A stretch of DNA of 57,834 bases from Vitrella brassicaformis CCMP3155 (taxonomy: Eukaryota > Protista > Chromerida). Under the pieces are notes generated by a model. That model did no database searches. It saw nothing but the letters and a program-made list of their open reading frames with translations, and was not told the DNA's origin. The stretch's first letter is position 1. The number at the start of each line of letters is the position of its first letter. The stretch covers positions 1-57,834 of the forward strand of contig CDMY01000523.1 in assembly GCA_001179505.1 (NCBI GenBank), written 5' to 3'. Made by a program: the position numbers and the translations under genes. Shown one piece after another: positions 34,373 through 45,699 of this stretch.

Positions 34373-37300
34373 ATGGCGACGACCACAAAAAAGGCCGGAG
34401 CCCAAATGCCGGCTGTGCCGCCCTCCTGCCCAGCGAAGCCGCCACCTCTGCGGTACCTGAGGGAAGTCTGCGGCGACCTGGGCAGCACGGGCATCAAGCT
34501 GGCCATCCAGGTACGGACACAAGCACACAACGCACGGAGAAGTCGGTACAAGAGATCTCCCGTGGATGGATGGAGAGGCAGTTCGCCCTCACCCACAGTT
34601 TTTTGCAGCGGCGTGAGGAGGGCAGGCGGACCGGCGCTCAGAAGAGGGCGAGGTAGCCGACAAGGGAGGAGATGATCTAACGCTTCGCGAGGGCGAGAGG
34701 AGATGAGTTGGTACCTGCCTGCTGTCTGTATCCGTGTGTGTGTCATCAGGTGGCTGGCTGCGACTGACGCCCGCCCAGGGGGACCGCAGGTGAGTGCGCA
34801 CGAGTGTGTGGCACACACACAGCCGACGAGGCATTCGTTTCCCCACTGTGCAACCTCTCCGTCTGTGTGTGTGTGTGTGTGTGTGCGCAGAATAGCCCTG
34901 ATATCGCTGACGAGGATGGCGAGCGAGGACACGAGAAGAGTTGCGCCTCCGCACCACCATTGCGAGTGCCCAATAGGCAACATGTCTATCGGTCTCTATA
35001 TATATCTCTCTCTCTGTGTCTCTGTGTGCTGCAGGCTCTTGACAAGCGTACACAGATGGACACGCCACACACACGACACACAATGACTCTATGTGTACGT
35101 GCGTGCAGAGGCGAGGGATCGTGAGACCGATGCGCCGCCTGCCGACGCTCAAGTACACACACACACACACACACACACAGCAGCGATGCTTACGTGACTT
35201 CTCTCCTTCTTTCCCCTCTCTTTACAGCAACGCGCAAAGAGGAGCCCTCTACCTCAAACGAGACCGCCGAGGTCGCCACCTTCGTTGAGCCGTGTCTGCT
35301 GTAGGGAAAGAGCTGGGGGAATAGACGGTCAGTAACATAACCTCACTGATGCATTTACGTGTACACGTGTACGAACGAACTTTTCTGGGCAGGGCCTCCG
35401 TCACGGGTGCGGGTGCGAGTGCGAGCAGCGTAAGCCATCCATCTGTGACTGAGACCCTATAAAAAGCCCGATGTGATCGGCAGGCTGCCCCCTCGCGGAT
35501 GGGCTACACACATGGGTGGGCAGATAGACAGACCAGCGTATGGATGGATGGATGGATTGTTTGTGTGTCTGTCCATGCAGGACGCCAGTCGTCTCAAGAG
35601 CACCAACCTCCGTCTGATGGCCGGGTCACACATGTATGTGCTCACACGCCTATGTGTTGCCATCCGTCCATCTCTACCATCTGTGTGCGTCTGCGTGTGC
35701 AGGATCCCCCGCCGAGATAAAGCTCACACAGGAGGGGAAGACGCATACTTCATCTGTGACACTGCTGGTACAGTACGACGCTCGCACACACAGACAGAAG
35801 TGAATGGATGCATCCATCCATCCATCCACGTGTGTACGTTTGAGTGCAGGCGGCGGTGGTGTGGGCGTGGCTGACGGGGTGGGCGAGTATTCAGAGTTCG
35901 GCTTCAGCGCTAAGGCATTTGCCGAGGAGCTAATGGGCGGCTGCACTCGCCACCAGCACGATAACAGCCACATGCAGCCCCGGTATGTAATGTATACATG
36001 CAGAGAGACATTCATTCCCCCCTCACGTGTGTCTGTGTGTCTGTGTCTGTGTGTGTCTGTCTGTCTACAGATGTGTCGCCGGTGTCGTCCGCCTCTACAG
36101 CGAGCTGTGAGAGAACGCCTCGGCCCGGCGTCAACCGCTTCCCCGTGTTCCCCGCCATCCCGCTGGTGCTAGTGCAGGAGACCACAAGGGGGATGCCTCC
36201 GGTACGTAAGTAAAAGAAGCGCGCTTCACAGACAGAGGGACCTCTCTACCCTCACAGGCTCACCGACCGACGCGGCATCGCCTCCTGGGGAGGTCGCCCG
36301 AGGGTATGGACGGATGGCTAGATATGAGGGCGTGCATGTTATCATCCATCTGTGTCTATCTGTCTGTCGGTCTGTCTGCCTTTTGGTGGTGTATGCAGGC
36401 TGATCCAGTACGGCTACGGGTGCACTCACTCGTGCGGCGCATCGACAGCTCTCGTTGCAGCACTTGATGGACCGGTATGTAGGTGGATGGGTCGCTGGGT
36501 GCCTCTGGATGCCTCTGGATGGATGTGTGTGTGTGAATCAATCAATCAGAGCGGCAAGCTGGGGGCGGCCAATCTCGGCGATTCCAAAATGCTCGTCCTT
36601 AGGTTAGTGAGTCAGGAGATTGCATTCACTCAGTGTGTGTACCAGAATGGGCGTGTGCAGGCGCCAGAAGAACCGGCAGATGACCGTGGTCCTCCACACC
36701 AGGGAGCAGCAGCACGCATTCAATTGCCCTTTCCAGGTGGGCTGTGAGTGCGACGTGTCTGGGNNNNNNNNNNNNNNNNNNNNNNNNNNNNNNNNNNNNN
36801 NNNNNNNNNNNNNNNNNNNNNNNNNNNNNNNNNNNNNNNNNNNNNNNNNNNNNNNNNNNNNNNNNNNNNNNNNNNNNNNNNNNNNNNNNNNNNNNNNNNN
36901 NNNNNNNNNNNNNNNNNNNNNNNNNNNNNNNNNNNNNNNNNNNNNNNNNNNNNNNNNNNNNNNNNNNNNNNNNNNNNNNNNNNNNNNNNNNNNNNNNNNN
37001 NNNNNNNNNNNNNNNNNNNNNNNNNNNNNNNNNNNNNNNNNNNNNNNNNNNNNNNNNNNNNNNAACACAAAGGCAAACCAATCTCTCTCTCTCTCTCTCT
37101 CTGTGTGTGTGCGTGTGCTATGCAGCTGTCCAGGCACCCAGAGCCGAGCCAGCACGAGTCCCTACTGGCGACAGGCGACGACAAGGTAAGTACAGTATCT
37201 GATGTGGTCATGTATCTATCTGATGTGGGTGCGTATGTGTCCTCCAGAGGGGAGGAAGACCGGGACGACGTGCTGGATGACGAGGAAGATTTTGAAGGGA

Positions 37301-37675
37301 AGGATGAGTTCAGGCGTGTGCTGGAGTTGAAGGCGTTCGTTCGCAAGTGCCAGCAAGGCTTTTGCGTCGCTGCGGTACACACATGTATTTGTATGGTCAC
37401 TAAGACACAAATTTGTGTGTGCGTGGTTCGTGTGTGTGCAGGACACTGCGGAACAGGCGAAAGTCACCACGTCAAGGTGCAGGAAGGCGACCTCCTCCTC
37501 CTGGGCACAGATGGTACATACCATGCACACACAAAGAGAGTAGATACACAGAGAGATGAGATATGCACGCTTACGTGTTTGTGTCCACGTGCGGTTCACA
37601 GGTCTCTTCGAGAACCTCTTTGACTACGAGAGTTGTGACATCGCCAGCCTTGCGCTTTCACCATACGAATCGGAG
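34373..37675 (+). pseudogene. PTC7/PPTC7-type PP2C phosphatase copy A (no CBM48; disabled and 3'-truncated as assembled)
   Basis: Exon 1 (PAVPPSC...STGIKLAIQ) and linker exons are homologous to the gene at 52454. PP2C motifs GGEDAYF, ADGVGE, ANLGDS, QQHAFNCPFQ and GTDGLFENLF are present. In-frame TAG at 35302-35304. The final GGKxDD exon was not found after 37675. Confidence 0.75.
36764..37063. other. Assembly gap (300 N)
   Basis: Run of N within an intron of PP2C copy A. Confidence 1.
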
Positions 37676-37926
37676 GTGAGCCGGCACCCACCAACCCCCA
37701 CACACATGGATGGATGGATCCCCCGGACACACACACGGGCAGTGAAGACGCATGTCTGTTTGTTTGTCTGTCTGTCTGTTTGTGCAGGACGGACATCGGT
37801 GTCTATATTTTATATTTGACAAGACCTTTGATGACTTACCAGACAGCAGGCATCGCCCTCCGGTATATATTCTGTGTGTGTGAGTGTGTTGACGGAGGGA
37901 TGGCTGGTATGTGTGTGGGTGTGCAG

Positions 37927-38792
37927 GGCGAGAAGCTCGGCGTCGCTAAGCTCGGCGACTCGAAAATGGTCCTTCTGCGGTAAGCTAGTGCACCTGCCTC
38001 CATCCAAAATTGCCTCCATCCATCCATCCATCCGTGTGTGTCTGTGTGTCTGTGTGTGCAGGTGGTGGTGCTCTGGTTGTTGCCGATGGGGTCGGCAGCT
38101 ACGCGGCTTTCGGCCTCAACGCCAAGGTGTTTGCGGACGAGCTGATGGGCGGCTGCCAGCAGGCCGCCACCATCGCTCTCACCGACACGGCCACACCCAC
38201 TTCTTCTGGTGCTGGCGATGGTGGTGCTAGTGCTGGGGTCAACGCGGAGGCTGCAGGGGCGTATCTGAGTGAGATACGCGGGAGTGCGCTGGCCCCCGCG
38301 CAAGTCGCCCACAGGTATGGAAGATTATCCTGGTGAATGCGAGTGTGTCTTGTGAGTATTATCGTTGTCTGTGCAGACTGCTCCAGTACGGCTACTCCTG
38401 CACGAGGTCCATCGGCGCATCGACCGCACTCACTGCGCACCTGGACAGGGCGGTGACCATTCGCAGAGGCCTTTGATGCGTTCATTGGTTCATCTGTGTG
38501 TATATGTGTGTGTGTGTATCAGAGTGGGAGGTTGGGTGTCGCGAATCTCGGAGACTCGGGCATGATAGTCCTTCGGTCAGTGACAGTGAATGGATGAGTG
38601 TCTGTACCTTCTCGGCGTATGTGTGGGTGCGTGCAGCCGCCATGAGAAGGGCAGAATGACGGTGCTCCTCAGGACCAAGGAGCAGCAGCATGAATGGAAG
38701 ATGCCCTTCCAGGTCAGTGCCGTTGCCGCACGCACACACACTCTCACACACAATCTCTCTCTTTCTGTGTGTGTGTGCAGCTGGCCCGGTCG
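37927..38792 (+). pseudogene. PTC7-type PP2C fragment(s), copy B, with out-of-order exons
   Basis: A GEKLGVAKLGDSK exon (37927-37979) precedes the ADGVGSY exon (from 38062). 38062-38792 is nearly identical to 41357-42395. Ends in an N gap. Confidence 0.75.
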
Positions 38793-39092
38793 NNNNNNNN
38801 NNNNNNNNNNNNNNNNNNNNNNNNNNNNNNNNNNNNNNNNNNNNNNNNNNNNNNNNNNNNNNNNNNNNNNNNNNNNNNNNNNNNNNNNNNNNNNNNNNNN
38901 NNNNNNNNNNNNNNNNNNNNNNNNNNNNNNNNNNNNNNNNNNNNNNNNNNNNNNNNNNNNNNNNNNNNNNNNNNNNNNNNNNNNNNNNNNNNNNNNNNNN
39001 NNNNNNNNNNNNNNNNNNNNNNNNNNNNNNNNNNNNNNNNNNNNNNNNNNNNNNNNNNNNNNNNNNNNNNNNNNNNNNNNNNNNNNNNNNNN
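38793..39092. other. Assembly gap (300 N)
   Basis: Run of N joining a late exon of copy B to an earlier-type exon of copy C. Confidence 1.
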
Positions 39093-39114
39093 GTGTCTGT
39101 GTGTGTGTGTGCAG

Positions 39115-40226
39115 GGCGAGAAGCTCGGCGTGGCCAACCTCGGCGACTCGAAGATGATCCTGCTGAGGTAAGTTAGTGCACCTGCCTCCATCCATCCATC
39201 CATCCATGTGTGTGTCTGTGTGTGTGTGTGGGTGCATTTAGGCGGCAGAAGGACCAGAGGATGACGGTGGCCCACCACACCACCGAGCAGCAGCACTCCT
39301 GGAACTGCCCGTACCAAGTGAGGCAGTGCGTGACTGACCTGACATCCACACACATGTGTGTGTGTGCGTGCAGCTCTCTAGGCTGCCCGATGAGACCCAA
39401 TACGAACAGCTCGAGAGGGAGAACAAGAAAGAACACACAGATGCAGCCGTGTGTGACCTGTATGCGTGCAGAGTGAGCTCGTGCTCGTCAGGGTGTGCAA
39501 GAAGGCCAGAGAGGCCACAGACGGCGTGTCTCCCGGGGTATGTGTGTATGTCAACTGCACATGTGCACCACACACATAAAACACACCGAGTCACGTTCCC
39601 TCTCTCTCTCTCTCTCTGTGTCTGTGCGTGAAGGACACCCCCGACATGGCGCAGACGAGCGTGGCCACCGTCGTCGAGGGCGACCTCCTCATCATCGGCA
39701 CCCATGGTACACAATCCACACACATGCATCGCGCACACAGCCACGCGCATGCACTGGATGCGCACCCGTGTGCAGGCGTCTTGGACAACCTGTTTGACTC
39801 TGACATCTGCGAAAATCGCCAACCTCGCCCTGTCACCCTACGAGTCGATGGTAGGCACACGCCCGCAGACACACACAGAGAGAGAGGGGGGGGAAGGGGA
39901 GACGCACACCGGTACGTGTCTTTGCGTGTGTGTCTGCAGCTGGTCAACCGGGGGCCGCTAGCCACGCCTGCACGCCAGGTCGCCATCGCCATCGCAGAGG
40001 CTGCCAAGCACAGGAGGTACACACACAAAGCCAAGCCTATCCATCCGTCCGTCCATCCGTCCGTCCGTGTGCTTGTGTGCTATCTCTCTGCTGCTGCAGC
40101 GCCAATCCCTTCGCCAGGACCCCTTTCGCCAGGACTGCCAAGAGGGAGCAGCCCGACGACAGGAGCCTCCACCAAGGCGGCAAGCCAGACGACATTACCT
40201 TCGTCGCCGCCTGGGTGACTCGGTGA
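39115..40226 (+). pseudogene. PTC7-type PP2C copy C (3' half; GTHG variant, frameshift)
   Basis: ANLGDSK, QQHSWNCPYQ, GTHG (39697-39706), +1 frameshift at GAAAATC (39811-39817), and a terminal GGKPDDITFVAAWVTR*. Confidence 0.8.
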
Positions 40227-40930
40227 ATGATAGATGACGTGACCCAGACGACGAGCGCTCATGGACGTCTACAGCTATGGACTCATGTGCCGAGACGTCG
40301 GCATGTACGCGGCAAACGGGATGGATGGATGGATGGGACGGTGGGAGGGAGGCAGGGAGGCAGGGAGGGTATATGCTCAAGCGGGGTAATTTTGTCTGTA
40401 TGGTGGTGGTGTTGTGATGGCGAGGCATGCGGGCGGGCGGGCGGGCACACGCACCGCATCCACGTGTGTACCGGAGGAAAGGAAGACGGGGAAGGCCGTC
40501 TACGGCCGCAGGCAGACACACACACAAGAGAGAGGGGCGAGATGGTAGATGTGTCTACATACTCATCATTGTTTTAAGCCACACACACACGCACAGCGGC
40601 GGACACGTAGTGTACTCGGTTTCCACACGTACGTGCACATGCGCAATCGTGGCCAGGCAAGCAGGCAGGCGGACAGAAGTCCTCCCTCGTGCTGCAGGTG
40701 CTGTGCCGATAAGCTGCCTACATTTTATATTTCGTGGTCGTTTTCGCTGAGGCTACGCCGGGTAAAAAAGGGACACACACACACACACACATGCGTGTGC
40801 GAACAGACAGGCTCGCCAACCTGCTCACGGCCCCCCCTCTCGTCGGCATCGACAGCCTCTCGTCCAAGACCCAGTGGGTGCCACACATTAGTAGGTGTGT
40901 GTACACATGATCTGTGTGTGTTGTGGTCAG

Positions 40931-43298
40931 GTCGCTGAAGCACAAGTGGCCCGAGTCGGTGACAAGCCACCTGCACCCGCCCTAAGTGCTCATCGACCTC
41001 CATGTGCCCGTACAGGTCTGTCGTGACACACACACACATACATATCTATTGCTGAACGAACAACCCCTTTGTGTCTCTGGGTGCCCAGTTGAAGACGAAT
41101 TTGCGTCTCACCGCCGGAGCCTTCATGTACGTGCACTCCACCAGACCACACACGCACTGCCATCCATCCATCCATCCATCCCCCTCTCTCTCTCTATCTA
41201 TCTCTCTCTGTGCGTGTGTGTGTGCAGGATCCCCGACCCCGAGAAAGCCGAGACGGGCGGTGAAGACGCCTTCTTCGTCTGCGAGACTGCTGGTATGCAC
41301 GCTCACACGCACAAGTGGACGAAGGGGTGCATCCATCCATGAGTGTGTGTGTGCAGGTGGTGGTGCTCTGGGTGTTGCCGATGGGGTCGGCAGTTACGCG
41401 GCTTTCGGCCTCAACGCCAAGATGTTTGCGGACGAGCTGATGGGCGGCTGCCAGCAGGCCGCCACCATCGCTCTCACCGACACGGCCACACCCACTTCTT
41501 CTGGTGCTGACGATGGTGGTGCTAGTGCTGGGGTCAACGCGGAGGCTGCAGGGGCGTATCTGAGTGAGATAGCGCAGCTGGCCCCCGCGCAAGTCGCCCG
41601 CAGGTATGGAAGATTATCCTGGTGAATGCGAGTGTGTCTTGTGAGTATTATCGTTGTCTGTGCAGACTGCTCCAGTACGGCTACTCCTGCACGAGGTCCA
41701 TCGGCGCATCGACCGCACTCACTGCGCACCTGGACAGGGCGGTGACCATACGCAGAGGCTTATGATGCGTTCATTGGTTCATCTCTGTGTATATGTGAGT
41801 GTGTGTGTTTGTGTGTCAGAGTGGGAGGTTGGGTGTCGCGAATCTCGGAGACTCGGGCATGATAGTCCTTCGGTCAGTGACAGTGAATGGATGAGTGTCT
41901 GTACCTTCTCGGCGTATGTGTGGGTGCGTGCAGCCGCCATGAGAAGGGCAGAATGACGGTGCTCCTCAGGACCAAGGAGCAGCAGCATGAATGGAAGATG
42001 CCCTTCCAGGTCAGTGCCGTTGCCGCACGCANNNNNNNNNNNNNNNNNNNNNNNNNNNNNNNNNNNNNNNNNNNNNNNNNNNNNNNNNNNNNNNNNNNNN
42101 NNNNNNNNNNNNNNNNNNNNNNNNNNNNNNNNNNNNNNNNNNNNNNNNNNNNNNNNNNNNNNNNNNNNNNNNNNNNNNNNNNNNNNNNNNNNNNNNNNNN
42201 NNNNNNNNNNNNNNNNNNNNNNNNNNNNNNNNNNNNNNNNNNNNNNNNNNNNNNNNNNNNNNNNNNNNNNNNNNNNNNNNNNNNNNNNNNNNNNNNNNNN
42301 NNNNNNNNNNNNNNNNNNNNNNNNNNNNNNNCGTGCGACACACACTCTCACACACAATCTCTCTCTTTCTGTGTTTGTGTGCAGCTGGCCCGGTCGCCGG
42401 ACGAGAGCAATCGGGATGCACTCGAGAAGGACGTGAAGGCATGCTTGCTTCCCTCACTAGACGAGGACAGCAGAGATGGATTGATGTGTGTGAATGTAAC
42501 ACATCCAGATGAAGGAGCTGGTGCGGCAGCTTAGGGAGGGCAAGCGCCTGGGAGTCGTCCCGGTAGGTGAACGACTAAGGTGCGAGTGTACCATCTGCAC
42601 GAATATATCATGTGTGTGTAGGACAAGCCCGAGGACGCCCAGCTGTACACCGTCGCCCTGCGGGAAGGAGACCTTCTCATCTTGGGCACCGACGGTGCAC
42701 ACACACACACACACACACACACATGCACACAGCCACACCCATGCGTTGGATGAACGCGCACCCGTGTGTGCAGGTGTCTTTGACAACCTCTTCGACGACG
42801 AGCTCTGTGGCATCGCCGACCTGACGCTCTCGCCGTCTGAGTCTCTCGTAGGCACACGCCCACAGACACACACAAAGAGAGGCCCTGAAGGGGAAGACCA
42901 CACGGGTACGTGTGTGTGCGTATGTGCGTGTCTGCAGGTGCTGAACGACCCGTCTCTAGCCACACCTGCGCGTAGCGTCGCCGCGGCAATCGCAGAGGCG
43001 GCCAGACACAGGAGGTACACACAGACACCAGACACCAGAGCCCGTCCATCTATCCATCCATCCATATGCTTATGTGCTGTCCCTGTGCTGCAGCATGGAT
43101 CCCCACTGCAAGACGCCCTTCGCCAAGACCGCCCGCCAGAACAACACCCACCACACGGGCGGCAAACTGGACGATGTCACAGTAGTCGCCGCCTGGGGAA
43201 AGACTTCACCAGACACTCCAAACACTGAATCTCCCACAGAAGGCATGTATACATGCTCAAATAAGGCACTCCCGAATAAGGCTCAAATTGCTGCCTGA
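40931..43298 (+). pseudogene. PTC7-type PP2C copy D; catalytic domain complete but an upstream exon has a nonsense codon
   Basis: GGEDAFF, ADGVGSY, ANLGDSG, GTDGVFDNLF and GGKLDDVTVVAAW are all present. The upstream exon 40931-41009 has TAA at 40983-40985 where the paralog (56300-56378) has GAA. GC donor at 42439. Confidence 0.75.
42032..42331. other. Assembly gap (300 N), probably near-zero true length
   Basis: The flanks correspond to sequence that is contiguous in copy B (about 38715-38760). Confidence 0.95.
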
Positions 43299-43545
43299 TT
43301 GTGTGTTGAGCAGATGTGTGTGGCGATCGCTGCCTTCATTTTATATTTCGTTGTCATTTCCTTCGCCCGCTGACGCGACGCCGGGAGGAAAAGAGAGTAT
43401 CAACGTCATTCAGTGGTCAACGCGGGTAAAAATGGGACACACACACATTCGTCCAATCCATGGAGGCACACCATCACAGACACATGGACACACACACCAT
43501 CACAGACACATGGACTCACACACACATGCGTGTGCAAACGAACAG

Positions 43546-44654
43546 GCTCGCCGACTTCTTCACTGACCCCCCTCTCATCTGCGTCGACGGCCTCGTCCAA
43601 GACCCATCGGCCGACCCCGAGCAGCGGTGCTGGTGGCGGTGAGACCGTGGCCGTCAAGGAGGGGACCTGCCGCCCGAGGGAGGCATACCTGCAGGAGATC
43701 CAGCGGGTGGACCTTCCGCCAGAGGAGATCGCCCTCAGGTACTGAAAAGGTGTCGATGGATGGATGGATGGACGGCCGTGTTCGGGTGTGCAGGATCTTG
43801 CAGTACGGCTATATATATGTACACCCGTGCCTATGGCTCATCACAGCACTTGTCGTCGTATACCTCGACAAGAAGGTCAGTGACCTTTCCTGTTTCACAA
43901 ATCCATCCATCTGTCCGTCTGTGTACCTATGTGTGTGTCTGTGTGTATTTGTGCAGGGCGAGACGCTGGCCGTCGCCAACCTCGGCGACTCTAAGATGAT
44001 CCTTCTGCGGTAAGTGCACCTGCCTCCATCCATCCATCCATGTGTGTGTGTCTGTGTGTGTGTGGGTGCATTTAGGCGGCAGAAGAACCAGAGGATGACG
44101 GTGCCCCATCACCAACGAGCAGCAGCACTCCTGGAACTGCCCGTACCAAGTGAGGCAGTGCGTGACTGACCTGACATCCACACACATGTGTGTGTGTGTG
44201 TGTGCAGCTCTCTAGGCTGCCCGATGAGACCCAATACGGAGAGCTCGAGAGGAAGAAAAAGAAAGAACACACAGATGCAGCCGTGTGTGACCTGTCATAA
44301 TGCGTGCAGAGAAAACTCGGCAGGGTGTGCAAGAAGGCCAGGCAGGGCAGAGACGGCGTGTCTCCTGGGGTATGTGTGTAAGTTAACTACACATGTGCAC
44401 CACACCCTCTCTCTCTCTGTGTGTGTCTGTGCGTGAAGGACACCCCCGACATGGCGCAGAAGAGCGTGGCCACCGTCGTCGAGGGCGACCTCCTCATCAT
44501 CGGCACCCATGGTACACAATCCACACACATGCATCATGCACACAGCCACGCGCATGCACTGGATGCGCATCCGTGTGCAGGTGTGTTCGACAACCTCTTC
44601 GACTGTGACTTCTGCGACATCGCCAGCCTGGCCCTGTCACCCTCTGAGTCCCTA
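43546..44654 (+). pseudogene. PTC7-type PP2C copy E (middle exons; frameshifts; GTHG variant)
   Basis: EAYLQEIQRVDLPPEEIALR and ANLGDSKMILLR are present. Frameshifts near 43815 and 44110 relative to paralogs, CAT (His) at 44508-44510, and truncation after LSPSESL. Confidence 0.8.
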
Positions 44655-44747
44655 GTAAACACACGCCCACAGACATACACAGAGAGAGAGAGGGGCTCAC
44701 ACGGGTACGTGTATGTGCGTGTCTGTCTGTCTGTCTGTGTATGTCTG

Positions 44748-45110
44748 AAGCCTTCAGCACGTGCTGTGATAGAACACTTCTTTCTCCTCGGGCTCCAAGC
44801 TCGCAGATCTATCGCTGCCTTTGTCCGTTATCGCTACAAGCTTCCCACTCTGTACTCTGTAGCTATAATTGCGATACTTTCCAGTTGCGGCCTCGAGGAG
44901 GCCTCTTCGCAGATCTCCGGCGAGTATGTTCCAACACATGGCGACTCCGGCGAAAATGGCACGATTGCTGCGGGTGCTGTGCAGAGGTTTCTGGCGGCTC
45001 TGGTGGTGATGAGATTGTGGTCGTCAAAGAGGGTGAGACATACCTGGAGGAGATCAAGCGAATGGACCTGCCGCCTGAGAAGATCGCGCACTTACACATG
45101 TACATTAAGG
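44748..45110 (+). pseudogene. Deleted relic of a CBM48-PP2C-family gene: promoter/exon 1 fused to an internal PP2C exon
   Basis: 44748-44950 aligns to 52296-52570 (CCTTCAGCACGTGC, GGCTCCAAGCTCGCAGATCTATCGC, CTCGAGGAG.CCTCTTC, GAGTATGTTCCAACA). 45030-45090 encodes GETYLEEIKRMDLPPEKIA as at 57215-57270. Confidence 0.75.
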
Positions 45111-45699
45111 CCGACCGATTGTCATTGTGTGTGCTGTGTGTGCTGATGTGTTACGGTTGATGCAAGTTGTCTCTCGTGCGCTGGTGTGTAGGTTCTCTGA
45201 TCACTTACTGGCAGGTACACAGAGACACAGAGACACACACTCACACAGAGAGACACGAAGAGAGTGAGCATCATCAATCCACTCATACGTATAGCTCTCT
45301 GGTGTCTCTCTATGTGCTGTGTGTCTGCAGGCCGCCACGGCACCAGCAACAGCAGCAGCTGAAGTTGTTCAGACAATCGGTGTCTACATTTTATATTTGA
45401 CGAGACCGTTTGATTGATCTTGCTGCCTTGTTGAGTTCGTGAATGAGTGGAGAGTCTGTGATGATAGTGGAGAGTCTGTGATCTGACGTTGATGACAGGT
45501 GCACGTCGAGAGTCTGCCTGCCTTGCATTCTGTCTTGCCCTTAATCGCAGCACACAAATCATACACAAAGACACATATCTATCCACTCATTTTCGCTTCA
45601 CACCTCTCTCTTGCTTCGAAGTTTGTCTCTTCGATTTTTCTCCTCCGCCCGCCGAGAAGAAGTCAGTAATACATCCACCCGGCTTGTTCGATGCGCTGA

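Noticed and set aside
34440-34510. LRYLREVCGDLGSTGIKLAIQ resembles the ABC1/UbiB kinase LGPTFIKLGQ motif
   Set aside because: No kinase motifs follow, and the exon aligns instead with exon 1 of the CBM48-PP2C gene.
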